64,000 nucleotides of DNA from Auanema rhodensis (GCA_964057225.1 OZ059896.1:2914001-2978000); one strand, 5' to 3'. Shown: positions 1 to 13,700, counted from the first letter of the stretch. Notes: generated by a model from the letters alone, not told the origin. Translations and numbers: made by a program.

Positions 1-350
1 CACCGAGATATCAACTGATATAAGTTCACACTTATATCCTCGATTTTCACCCTGAAGAATTAATTTTTTCGTTGAATAACATTGTCCATCGTTTTTGCCT
101 CAAAAAAAGGAATCTAAAAACATCTACTTTTTGCGAAATTATTTTGAAATTTTTCGAAAAAATTTTGTCAAAATGTTTTTGGAAGCAATGTTGAGTGTAC
201 ATGGAAACTCAACATACACTAATGCATCATTTTTCAAACGATCATAACTAATTTTTGTATTAAGCGTTTCTCAATGTAGTATAGTGCATTCGATGCGGAT
301 TTTTAAGCTGCGTCGATCTGTACTATCAGATTTGCGCTAGCTCGAAAATG
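1..350 (+). repeat. Reference monomer (350-bp class), AT-rich with A/T tracts at ~100-180 and a GC-richer segment at ~285-345
   Basis: Hand count gives 112 G+C in 350 bp (32%). It carries GATATC (7-12), TTCGAA (153-158), ATGCAT (222-227) and GCTAGC (336-341). The 350 vs 351 classes differ mainly by a T4/T5 run before GTCAAAATG. Confidence 0.97.
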
Positions 351-3300
351 CACCGAGATATCAACTGATATAAGTTCACACTTATATCCTCGATTTTTAC
401 CCTGAAGAATTATTTTTTCGTTGAATAACATTGTCCATCGTTTTTGCCTCTAAAAAAGGAATCTAAAAACATCTACTTTTTGCTAAATTATTTTGAAATA
501 TTTCGAAAAAATTTTTGTCAAAATGTTTTTGGAAGCAATGTTGAGTGTACATGGAAACTCAACATACACTAATGCATCATTTTTCAAACGATCATAACTA
601 ATTTTTGTATTAAGCGTTTCTCAATGTAGTATAGTGCATTCGATGCGGATTATTAAGCTGCGTCGATCTGTACTATCAGATTTGCGCTAGCTTAAAGATG
701 CACCGAGATATCAACTGATATAAGTTCACACCTATATCCTCGATTTTCACCCTGAAGAATTAATTTTTTCGTTGAATAACATTGTCCATCGTTTTTGCCT
801 CGAAAAAAGGAATCTAAAAACATCTACTTTTTGCTAAATTATTTTGAAATATTTCGAAAAAATTTTTGTCAAAATGTTTTTGGAAGCAATGTTGAGTGTA
901 CATGGAAACTCAACATACACTAATGCATCATTTTTCAAACGATCATAACTAATTTTTGTATTAAGCTTTTCTCAATGTAATATAGTGCATTCGATGCGGA
1001 TTTTTAAGCTGCGTCGATCTGTGCTATCAGATTTGCGCTAGCTTAAAAATGCACCGAGATATCAACTGATATAAGTTCACACTTATATCCTCGATTTTCA
1101 CCCTGAAGAATTAATTTTTTCGTTGAATAACATTGTCCATCGTTTTTGCCTCAAAAAAAGGAATCTAAAAACATCTACTTTTTGCGAAATTATTTTGAAT
1201 TTTTTCGAAAAAATTTTGTCAAAATGTTTTTGGAAGCAATGTTGAGTGTACATGGAAACTCAACATACACTAATGCATCATTTTTCAAACGATCATAACT
1301 AATTTTTGTATTAAGCGTTTCTTAATGTAGTATAGTGCATTCGATGCGGAATTTTAAGCTGCGTCGATCTGTGTTATCAGATTTGCGCTAGCTTAAAAAT
1401 GCACCGAGATATCAACTGATATAAGTTCACACTTATATCTTCGATTTTCACCCTGAAGAATTAATTTTTTCGTTGAATAACATTGTCCATCGTTTTTGCC
1501 TTGGAAAAAGGAATCTAAAAACATCTACTTTTTGCTAAATTATTTTGAAATTTTTCGAAAAAATTTTTGTCAAAATGTTTTTGGAAGCAATGTTGAGTGT
1601 ACATGGAAACTCAACATACACTAATGCATCATTTTTCAAAAGATCATAACTAATTTTTGTATTAAGCGTTTCTCAATGTAGTATAGTGCATTCGATGCGG
1701 ATTATTAAGCTGCGTCGATCTGTACTATCAGATTTGCGCTAGCTTAAAGATGCACCGAGATATCAACTGATATAAGTTCACACCTATATCCTCGATTTTC
1801 ACCCTGACGAATTAATTTTTTCGTTGAATAACATTGTCCATCGTTTTTGCCTCGAAAAAAGGAATCTAAAAACATCTACTTTTTGCTAAATTATTTTGAA
1901 ATATTTCGAAAAAATTTTTGTCAAAATGTTTTTGGAAGCAATGTTGAGTGTACATGGAAACTCAACATACACTAATGCATCATTTTTCAAACGATCATAA
2001 CTAATTTTTGTATTAAGCTTTTCTCAATGTAATATAGTGCATTCGATGCGGATTTTTAAGCTGCGTCGATCTGTGCTATCAGATTTGCGCTAGCTTAAAA
2101 ATGCACCGAGATATCAACTGATATAAGTTCACACTTATATCCTCGATTTTCACCCTGAAGAATTAATTTTTTCGTTGAATAACATTGTCCATCGTTTTTG
2201 CCTCAAAAAAAGGAATCTAAAAACATCTACTTTTTGCGAAATTATTTTGAAATTTTTCGAAAAAATTTTTGTCAAAATGTTTTTGGAAGCAATGTTGAGT
2301 GTACATGGAAACTCAACATACACTAATGCATCATTTTTCAAAAGATCATAACTAATTTTTGTATTAAGCGTTTCTCAATGTAGTATAGTGCGTTCGATGC
2401 GGATTATTAAGCTGCGTCGATCTGTACTATCAGATTTGCGCTAGCTTAAAGATGCACCGAGATATCAACTGATATAAGTTCACACTTATATCCTCGATTT
2501 TCACCCTGAAAAATTAATTTTTTCGTTGAATAACATTGTCCATCGTTTTTGCCTTGAAAAAAGGAATCTAAAAAAAAACATCTACTTTTTGCTAAAATAT
2601 TTTGAAATTTTTCGAAAAAATTTTTGTCAAAATGTTTTTGGAAGCAATTTTGAGTGTACATGGAAACTCAACATACACTAATGCATCATTTTTCAAACGA
2701 TCATAACTAATTTTTGTATTAAGCGTTTCTCAATGTAGTATAGTGCATTCGATGCGGATTATTAAGCTGCGTCGATCTGTACTATCAGATTTGCGCTAGC
2801 TTAAAGATGCACCGAGAAATCAACTGATATAAGTTCACACCTATATCCTCGATTTTCACCCTGAAGAATTAATTTTTTCGTTGAATAACATTGTCCATCG
2901 TTTTTGCCTTGAAAAAAGGAATCTAAAAAAAAACATCTACTTTTTGCTAAATTATTTTGAAATTTTTCGAAAAAATTTTTGTCAAAATGTTTTTGGAAGC
3001 AATTTTGAGTGTACATGGAAACTCAACATACACTAATGCATCATTTTTCAAACGATCATAACTAATTTTTGTATTAAGCGTTCCTCAATGTAGTATAGTG
3101 CATTCGATGCGGATTATTAAGCTGCGTCGATCTGTACTATCAGATTTGCGCTAGCTTAAAGATGCACCGAGATATCAACTGATATAAGTTCACACCTATA
3201 TCCTCGATTTTCACCCTGAAGAATTAATTTTTTCGTTGAATAACATTGTCCATCGTTTTTGCCTCGAAAAAAGGAATCTAAAAACATCTACTTTTTGCTA

Positions 3301-3515
3301 AATTATTTTGAAATATTTCGAAAAAATTTTTGTCAAAATGTTTTTGGAAGCAATGTTGAGTGTACATGGAAACTCAACATACACTAATGCATCATTTTTC
3401 AAACGATCATAACTAATTTTTGTATTAAGCTTTTCTCAATGTAATATAGTGCATTCGATGCGGAATTTTAAGCTGCGTCGATCTGTGTTATCAGATTTGC
3501 GCTAGCTTGAAAATG

Positions 3516-6500
3516 CACCGAGATATCAACTGATATAAGTTCACACTTATATCCTCGATTTTCACCCTGAAGAATTAATTTTTTCGTTGAATAACATTGT
3601 CCATCGTTTTTGCCTTGAAAGAAGGAATCTAAAAACATCTACTTTTTGCTAAATTATTTTGAAATTTTTTGAAAAAATTTTTGTCAAAATGTTTTTGGAA
3701 GCAATGTTGAGTGTACATGGAAACTCAACATACACTAATGCATCATTTTTCAAACGATCATAACTAATTTTTGTGATGAGCGTTTCTCCATGTAGTATAG
3801 TGCATTCGATGCGGATTTTTAAGCTGCGTCGATCTGTGTTATCAGATTTGCGCTAGCTTAAAAATGCACCGAGATATCAACTGATATAAGTTCACACTTA
3901 TATCCTCGATTTTCACCCTGAAGAATTAATTTTTTCGTTGAATAACATTGTCCATCGTTTTTGCCTTGAAAGAAGGAATCTAAAAACATCTACTTTTTGC
4001 TAAATTATTTTGAAATTTTTTGAAAAAATTTTTGTCAAAATGTTTTTGGAAGCAATGTTGAGTGTACATGGAAACTCAACATACACTAATGCATCATTTT
4101 TCAAACGATCATAACTAATTTTTGTGATGAGCGTTTCTCCATGTAGTATAGTGCATTCGATGCGGAATTTTAAGCTGCGTCCATCTGTGTTATCAGATTT
4201 GCGCTAGCTTAAAAATGCACCGAGATATCAACTGATATAAGTTCACACTTATATCCTCGATTTTCACCCTGAAGAATTATTTTTTTCGTTGAATAACATT
4301 GTCCATCGTTTTTGCCTTGAAAGAAGGAATCTAAAAACATCTACTTTTTGCGAAATTATTTTGAAAATTTTCGAAAAAATTTTGTCAAAATGTTTTTGGA
4401 AGCAATGTTGAGTGTACATGGAAACTCAACATACACTAATGCATCATTTTTCAAACGATCATAACTCATTTTTGTATTTAGCGTTTCTCAATGTAGTATA
4501 GTGCATTCGATGCGGATTTTTAAGCTGCGTCGATCTGTACTATCAGATTTGCGCTAGCTTAAAAATGCACCGAGATATCAACTGATATAAGTTCACACTT
4601 ATATCCTCGATTTTCACCCTGAAGAATTAATTTTTTCGTTGAATAACATTGTCCATCGTTTTTGCCTTGAAAGAAGGAATCTAAAAACATCTACTTTTTG
4701 CTAAATTATTTTGAAATTTTTTGAAAAAATTTTTGTCAAAATGTTTTTGGAAGCAATGTTGAGTGTACATGGAAACTCAACATACACTAATGCATCATTT
4801 TTCAAACGATCATAACTAATTTTTGTGATGAGCGTTTCTCCATGTAGTATAGTGCATTCGATGCGGAATTTTAAGCTGCGTCGATCTGTGTTATCAGATT
4901 TGCGCTAGCTTAAAAATGCACCGAGATATCAACTGATATAAGTTCACACTTATATCCTCGATTTTCACCCTGAAGAATTAATTTTTTCGTTGAATAACAT
5001 TGTCCATCGTTTTTGCCTTGAAAGAAGGAATCTAAAAACATCTACTTTTTGCGAAATTATTTTGAAATTTTTCGAAAAAATTTTGTCAAAATGTTTTTGG
5101 AAGCAATGTTGAGTGTACATGGAAACTCAACATACACTAATGCATCATTTTTCAAACGATCATAACTAATTTTTGTATTAAGCTTTTCTTAATGTAGTAT
5201 AGTGCATTCGATGCGGAATTTTAAGCTGCGTCGATCTGTGTTATCAGATTTGCGCTAGCTTGAAAATGCACCGAGATATCAACTGATATAAGTTCACACC
5301 TATATCCTCGATTTTCACCCTGAAGAATTAATTTTTTCGTTGAATAACATTGTCCATCGTTTTTGCCTTGAAAGAAGGAATCTAAAAACATCTACTTTTT
5401 GCTAAATTATTTTGAAATTTTTTTAAAAAATTTTTGTCAAAATGTTTTTGGAAGCAATGTTGAGTGTACATGGAAACTCAACATACACTAATGCATCATT
5501 TTTCAAACGATCATAACTAATTTTTGTGATGAGCGTTTCTCCATGTAGTATAGTGCATTCGATGCGGATTTTTAAGCTGCGTCGATCTGTGTTATCAGAT
5601 TTGGGCTAGCTTGAAAATGCACCGAGATATCAACTGATATAAGTTCACACTTATATCCTCGATTTTCACCCTGAAGAATTAATTTTTTCGTTGAATAACA
5701 TTGTCCATCGTTTTTGCCTTGAAAGAAGGAATCTAAAAACATCTACTTTTTGCTAAATTATTTTGAAATTTTTTGAAAAAATTTTTGTCAAAATGTTTTT
5801 GGAAGCAATGTTGAGTGTACATGGAAACTCAACATACACTAATGCATCATTTTTCAAACGATCATAACTAATTTTTGTGATGAGCGTTTCTCCATGTAGT
5901 ATAGTGCATTCGATGCGGATTTTTAAGCTGCGTCGATCTGTGTTATCAGATTTGCGCTAGCTTAAAAATGCACCGAGATATCAACTGATATAAGTTCACA
6001 CTTATATCTTCGATTTTCACCCTGAAGAATTAATTTTTTCGTTGAATAACATTGTCCATCGTTTTTGCCTTGAAAGAAGGAATCTAAAAACATCTACTTT
6101 TTGCTAAATTATTTTGAAATTTTTTGAAAAAATTTTTGTCAAAATGTTTTTGGAAGCAATGTTGAGTGTACATGGAAACTCAACATACACTAATGCATCA
6201 TTTTTCAAACGATCATAACTAATTTTTGTGATGAGCGTTTCTCCATGTAGTATAGTGCATTCGATGCGGAATTTTAAGCTGCGTCCATCTGTGTTATCAG
6301 ATTTGCGCTAGCTTAAAAATGCACCGAGATATCAACTGATATAAGTTCACACTTATATCCTCGATTTTCACCCTGAAGAATTATTTTTTTCGTTGAATAA
6401 CATTGTCCATCGTTTTTGCCTTGAAAGAAGGAATCTAAAAACATCTACTTTTTGCGAAATTATTTTGAAAATTTTCGAAAAAATTTTGTCAAAATGTTTT

Positions 6501-7723
6501 TGGAAGCAATGTTGAGTGTACATGGAAACTCAACATACACTAATGCATCATTTTTCAAACGATCATAACTCATTTTTGTATTTAGCGTTTCTCAATGTAG
6601 TATAGTGCATTCGATGCGGATTTTTAAGCTGCGTCGATCTGTACTATCAGATTTGCGCTAGCTTAAAAATGCACCGAGATATCAACTGATATAAGTTCAC
6701 ACTTATATCCTCGATTTTCACCCTGAAGAATTAATTTTTTCGTTGAATAACATTGTCCATCGTTTTTGCCTTGAAAGAAGGAATCTAAAAACATCTACTT
6801 TTTGCTAAATTATTTTGAAATTTTTTGAAAAAATTTTTGTCAAAATGTTTTTGGAAGCAATGTTGAGTGTACATGGAAACTCAACATACACTAATGCATC
6901 ATTTTTCAAACGATCATAACTAATTTTTGTGATGAGCGTTTCTCCATGTAGTATAGTGCATTCGATGCGGAATTTTAAGCTGCGTCGATCTGTGTTATCA
7001 GATTTGCGCTAGCTTAAAAATGCACCGAGATATCAACTGATATAAGTTCACACTTATATCCTCGATTTTCACCCTGAAGAATTAATTTTTTCGTTGAATA
7101 ACATTGTCCATCGTTTTTGCCTTGAAAGAAGGAATCTAAAAACATCTACTTTTTGCGAAATTATTTTGAAATTTTTCGAAAAAATTTTGTCAAAATGTTT
7201 TTGGAAGCAATGTTGAGTGTACATGGAAACTCAACATACACTAATGCATCATTTTTCAAACGATCATAACTAATTTTTGTATTAAGCTTTTCTTAATGTA
7301 GTATAGTGCATTCGATGCGGAATTTTAAGCTGCGTCGATCTGTGTTATCAGATTTGCGCTAGCTTGAAAATGCACCGAGATATCAACTGATATAAGTTCA
7401 CACCTATATCCTCGATTTTCACCCTGAAGAATTAATTTTTTCGTTGAATAACATTGTCCATCGTTTTTGCCTTGAAAGAAGGAATCTAAAAACATCTACT
7501 TTTTGCTAAATTATTTTGAAATTTTTTTAAAAAATTTTTGTCAAAATGTTTTTGGAAGCAATGTTGAGTGTACATGGAAACTCAACATACACTAATGCAT
7601 CATTTTTCAAACGATCATAACTAATTTTTGTGATGAGCGTTTCTCCATGTAGTATAGTGCATTCGATGCGGATTTTTAAGCTGCGTCGATCTGTGTTATC
7701 AGATTTGGGCTAGCTTGAAAATG
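3516..7723 (+). repeat. 6-monomer higher-order duplication (2104-bp period, 2 copies)
   Basis: Rare markers repeat at +2104: GCGTCCATC (~4180/~6284), GAAAATTTTCG (~4363/~6467), ACTCATTTTTGTATTTAG (~4464/~6568) and TTGGGCTAG (~5601/~7705). Confidence 0.9.
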
Positions 7724-10700
7724 CACCGAGATATCAACTGATATAAGTTCACACTTATATCCTCGATTTTCACCCTGAAGAATTAATTTTTTCGTTGAAT
7801 AACATTGTCCATCGTTTTTGCCTCAAAAAAAGGAATCTGAAAACATCTACTTTTTGCAAAATTATTTTGAAATTTTTCGAAAAAATTTTGTCAAAATGTT
7901 TTTGGAAGCAATGTTGAGTGTACATGGAAACTCAACATACACTAATGCATCATTTTTCAAACGATCATAACTAATTTTTGTATTAAGCGTTTCTCAATGT
8001 AGTATAGTGCATTCGATGCGGATTATTAAGCTGCGTCGATCTGTACTATCAGATTTGCGCTAGCTTAAAGATGCACCGAGATATCAACTGATATAAGTTC
8101 ACACCTATATCCTCGATTTTCACCCTGAAGAATTAATTTTTTCGTTGAATAACATTGTCCATCGTTTTTGCCTCGAAAAAAGGAATCTAAAAACATCTAC
8201 TTTTTGCTAAATTATTTTGAAATTTTTCGAAAAAATTTTTGTCAAAATGTTTTTGGAAGCAATTTTGAGTGTACATGGAAACTCAACATACACTAATGCA
8301 TCATTTTTCAAACGATCATAACTAATTTTTGTGATGAGCGTTTCTCCATGTAGTATAGTGCATTCGATGCGGATTTTTAAGCTGCGTCGATCTGTGTTAT
8401 CAGATTTGCGCTAGCTTAAAGATGCACCGAGATATCAACTGATATAAGTTCACACCTATATCCTCGATTTTCACCCTGAAGAATTAATTTTTTCGTTGAA
8501 TAACATTGTCCATCGTTTTTGCCTCGAAAAAAGGAATCTAAAAACATCTACTTTTTGCTAAATTATTTTGAAATTTTTCGAAAAAATTTTTGTCAAAATG
8601 TTTTTGGAAGCAATGTTGAGTGTACATGGAAACTCAACATACACTAATGCATCATTTTTCAAACGATCATAACTAATTTTTGTATTGAGCGTTTCTCCAT
8701 GTATTATAGTGCATTCGATGCGGATTATTAAGCTGCGTCGATCTGTGCTATCAGATTTGCGCTAGCTTAAAAATGCACCGAGATATCAACTGATATAAGT
8801 TCACACTTATATCCTCGATTTTCACCCTGAAGAATTAATTTTTTCGTTGAATAACATTGTCCATCGTTTTTGCCTCAAAAAAAGGAATCTGAAAACATCT
8901 ACTTTTTGCGAAATTATTTTGAAATTTTTCGAAAAAATTTTGTCAAAATGTTTTTGGAAGCAATGTTGAGTGTACATGGAAACTCAACATACACTAATGC
9001 ATCATTTTTCAAACGATCATAACTAATTTTTGTATTAAGCTTTTCTCAATGTAATATAGTGCATTCGATGCGGATTTTTAAGCTGCGTCGATCTGTGCTA
9101 TCAGATTTGCGCTAGCTTAAAAATGCACCGAGATATCAACTGATATAAGTTCACACTTATATCCTCGATTTTCACCCTGAAGAATTAATTTTTTCGTTGA
9201 ATAACATTGTCCATCGTTTTTGCCTCAAAAAAAGGAATCTAAAAACATCTACTTTTTGCGAAATTATTTTGAAATTTTTCGAAAAAATTTTTGTCAAAAT
9301 GTTTTTGGAAGCAATTTTGAGTGTACATGGAAACTCAACATACACTAATGCATCATTTTTCAAACGATCATAACTAATTTTTGTATTGAGCGTTTCTCCA
9401 TGTAGTATAGTGCAGTCGATGCGGAATTTTAAGCTGCGTCGATCTGTGTTATCAGATTTGCGCTAGCTTAAAAATGCACCGAGATATCAACTGATATAAG
9501 TTCACACTTATATCCTCGATTTTCACCCTGAAGAATTAATTTTTTCGTTGAATAACATTGTCCATCGTTTTTGCCTTGAAAAAAGGAATCTAAAAACATC
9601 TACTTTTTGCGAAATTATTTTGAAATTTTTCGAAAAAATTCTGTCAAAATGTTTTTGGAAGCAATGTTGAGTGTACATGGAAACTCAACATACACTAATG
9701 CATCATTTTTCAAACGATCATAACTAATTTTTGTATTAAGCTTTTCTTAATGTAGTATAGTGCATTCGATGCGGAATTTTAAGCTGCGTCGATCTGTGTT
9801 ATCAGATTTGCGCTAGCTTGAAAATGCACCGAGATATCAACTGATATAAGTTCACACTTATATCCTCGATTTTCACCCTGAAGAATTAATTTTTTCGTTG
9901 AATAACATTGTCCATCGTTTTTGCCTTGAAAGAAGGAATCTAAAAACATCTACTTTTTGCTAAATTATTTTGAAATTTTTTGAAAAAATTTTTGTCAAAA
10001 TGTTTTTGGAAGCAATGTTGAGTGTACATGGAAACTCAACATACACTAATGCATCATTTTTCAAACGATCATAACTAATTTTTGTGATGAGCGTTTCTCC
10101 ATGTAGTATAGTGCATTCGATGCGGAATTTTAAGCTGCGTCCATCTGTGTTATCAGATTTGCGCTAGCTTAAAAATGCACCGAGATATCAACTGATATGA
10201 GTTCACACTTATATCCTCGATTTTCACCCTGAAGAATTAATTTTTTCGTTGAATAACATTGTCCATCGTTTTTGCCTTGAAAGAAGGAATCTAAAAACAT
10301 CTACTTTTTGCGAAATTATTTTGAAATTTTTCGAAAAAATTTTGTCAAAATGTTTTTGGAAGCAATGTTGAGTGTACATGGAAACTCAACATACACTAAT
10401 GCATCATTTTTCAAACGATCATAACTCATTTTTGTATTTAGCGTTTCTCAATGTAGTATAGTGCATTCGATGCGGATTTTTAAGCTGCGTCGATCTGTAC
10501 TATCAGATTTGCGCTAGCTTAAAAATGCACCGAGATATCAACTGATATAAGTTCACACTTATATCCTCGATTTTCACCCTGAAGAATTAATTTTTTCGTT
10601 GAATAACATTGTCCATCGTTTTTGCCTTGAAAGAAGGAATCTAAAAACATCTACTTTTTGCTAAATTATTTTGAAATTTTTTGAAAAAATTTTTGTCAAA

Positions 10701-13700
10701 ATGTTTTTGGAAGCAATGTTGAGTGTACATGGAAACTCAACATACACTAATGCATCATTTTTCAAACGATCATAACTAATTTTTGTGATGAGCGTTTCTC
10801 CATGTAGTATAGTGCATTCGATGCGGATTTTTAAGCTGCGTCGATCTGTGTTATCAGATTTGGGCTAGCTTGAAAATGCACCGAGATATCAACTGATATA
10901 AGTTCACACTTATATCCTCGATTTTCACCCTGAAGAATTAATTTTTTCGTTGAATAACATTGTCCATCGTTTTTGCCTCAAAAAAAGGAATCTGAAAACA
11001 TCTACTTTTTGCAAAATTATTTTGAAATTTTTCGAAAAAATTTTGTCAAAATGTTTTTGGAAGCAATGTTGAGTGTACATGGAAACTCAACATACACTAA
11101 TGCATCATTTTTCAAACGATCATAACTAATTTTTGTATTAAGCGTTTCTCAATGTAGTATAGTGCATTCGATGCGGATTATTAAGCTGCGTCGATCTGTA
11201 CTATCAGATTTGCGCTAGCTTAAAGATGCACCGAGATATCAACTGATATAAGTTCACACCTATATCCTCGATTTTCACCCTGAAGAATTAATTTTTTCGT
11301 TGAATAACATTGTCCATCGTTTTTGCCTCGAAAAAAGGAATCTAAAAACATCTACTTTTTGCTAAATTATTTTGAAATTTTTCGAAAAAATTTTTGTCAA
11401 AATGTTTTTGGAAGCAATTTTGAGTGTACATGGAAACTCAACATACACTAATGCATCATTTTTCAAACGATCATAACTAATTTTTGTGATGAGCGTTTCT
11501 CCATGTAGTATAGTGCATTCGATGCGGATTTTTAAGCTGCGTCGATCTGTGTTATCAGATTTGCGCTAGCTTAAAGATGCACCGAGATATCAACTGATAT
11601 AAGTTCACACCTATATCCTCGATTTTCACCCTGAAGAATTAATTTTTTCGTTGAATAACATTGTCCATCGTTTTTGCCTCGAAAAAAGGAATCTAAAAAC
11701 ATCTACTTTTTGCTAAATTATTTTGAAATTTTTCGAAAAAATTTTTGTCAAAATGTTTTTGGAAGCAATGTTGAGTGTACATGGAAACTCAACATACACT
11801 AATGCATCATTTTTCAAACGATCATAACTAATTTTTGTATTGAGCGTTTCTCCATGTAGTATAGTGCATTCGATGCGGATTATTAAGCTGCGTCGATCTG
11901 TGCTATCAGATTTGCGCTAGCTTAAAAATGCACCGAGATATCAACTGATATAAGTTCACACTTATATCCTCGATTTTCACCCTGAAGAATTAATTTTTTC
12001 GTTGAATAACATTGTCCATCGTTTTTGCCTCAAAAAAAGGAATCTGAAAACATCTACTTTTTGCGAAATTATTTTGAAATTTTTCGAAAAAATTTTGTCA
12101 AAATGTTTTTGGAAGCAATGTTGAGTGTACATGGAAACTCAACATACACTAATGCATCATTTTTCAAACGATCATAACTAATTTTTGTATTAAGCTTTTC
12201 TCAATGTAATATAGTGCATTCGATGCGGATTTTTAAGCTGCGTCGATCTGTGCTATCAGATTTGCGCTAGCTTAAAAATGCACCGAGATATCAACTGATA
12301 TAAGTTCACACTTATATCCTCGATTTTCACCCTGAAGAATTAATTTTTTCGTTGAATAACATTGTCCATCGTTTTTGCCTCAAAAAAAGGAATCTAAAAA
12401 CATCTACTTTTTGCGAAATTATTTTGAAATTTTTCGAAAAAATTTTTGTCAAAATGTTTTTGGAAGCAATTTTGAGTGTACATGGAAACTCAACATACAC
12501 TAATGCATCATTTTTCAAACGATCATAACTAATTTTTGTATTGAGCGTTTCTCCATGTAGTATAGTGCAGTCGATGCGGAATTTTAAGCTGCGTCGATCT
12601 GTGTTATCAGATTTGCGCTAGCTTAAAAATGCACCGAGATATCAACTGATATAAGTTCACACTTATATCCTCGATTTTCACCCTGAAGAATTAATTTTTT
12701 CGTTGAATAACATTGTCCATCGTTTTTGCCTTGAAAAAAGGAATCTAAAAACATCTACTTTTTGCGAAATTATTTTGAAATTTTTCGAAAAAATTCTGTC
12801 AAAATGTTTTTGGAAGCAATGTTGAGTGTACATGGAAACTCAACATACACTAATGCATCATTTTTCAAACGATCATAACTAATTTTTGTATTAAGCTTTT
12901 CTTAATGTAGTATAGTGCATTCGATGCGGAATTTTAAGCTGCGTCGATCTGTGTTATCAGATTTGCGCTAGCTTGAAAATGCACCGAGATATCAACTGAT
13001 ATAAGTTCACACTTATATCCTCGATTTTCACCCTGAAGAATTAATTTTTTCGTTGAATAACATTGTCCATCGTTTTTGCCTTGAAAGAAGGAATCTAAAA
13101 ACATCTACTTTTTGCTAAATTATTTTGAAATTTTTTGAAAAAATTTTTGTCAAAATGTTTTTGGAAGCAATGTTGAGTGTACATGGAAACTCAACATACA
13201 CTAATGCATCATTTTTCAAACGATCATAACTAATTTTTGTGATGAGCGTTTCTCCATGTAGTATAGTGCATTCGATGCGGAATTTTAAGCTGCGTCCATC
13301 TGTGTTATCAGATTTGCGCTAGCTTAAAAATGCACCGAGATATCAACTGATATGAGTTCACACTTATATCCTCGATTTTCACCCTGAAGAATTAATTTTT
13401 TCGTTGAATAACATTGTCCATCGTTTTTGCCTTGAAAGAAGGAATCTAAAAACATCTACTTTTTGCGAAATTATTTTGAAATTTTTCGAAAAAATTTTGT
13501 CAAAATGTTTTTGGAAGCAATGTTGAGTGTACATGGAAACTCAACATACACTAATGCATCATTTTTCAAACGATCATAACTCATTTTTGTATTTAGCGTT
13601 TCTCAATGTAGTATAGTGCATTCGATGCGGATTTTTAAGCTGCGTCGATCTGTACTATCAGATTTGCGCTAGCTTAAAAATGCACCGAGATATCAACTGA

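Noticed and set aside
67-83. CENP-B-box-like TTCGTTG
   Set aside because: It matches the TTCG and A positions but lacks the essential CGGG half of the box.
52-160. Hammerhead ribozyme core (CTGAAGA at 52-58, variant CTGACGA), as known from some animal satellites
   Set aside because: I could not form stem II between the CUGANGA box and any downstream GAAA. A covariance-model search (Infernal/Rfam) would be the definitive test.
100-180. Phased A-tracts implying intrinsic curvature
   Set aside because: Tracts are abundant but their spacing is irregular by eye. Curvature cannot be claimed without computation.
1-350. 5S rDNA, tRNA or snRNA tandem gene unit
   Set aside because: No recognisable 5S, tRNA cloverleaf or Pol III box sequence, and the unit is too AT-rich.
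1804-1811. CTGACGAA variant shared with ~50873 and ~52276 as evidence of cross-domain transfer
   Set aside because: It is a single substitution on different haplotype backgrounds, so recurrent mutation is equally likely.
2150-2341. 63-aa minus-strand ORF (also at 9172-9363 and 12327-12518)
   Set aside because: It is open only in the few monomers with a particular allele combination. It is K/F/I-rich from A/T tracts, has no recognisable domain, and is broken in nearly all other copies.
2446-3016. Two 71-aa minus-strand ORFs
   Set aside because: They arise from the A9 homopolymer frameshift in two monomers and are by-products of the repeat.
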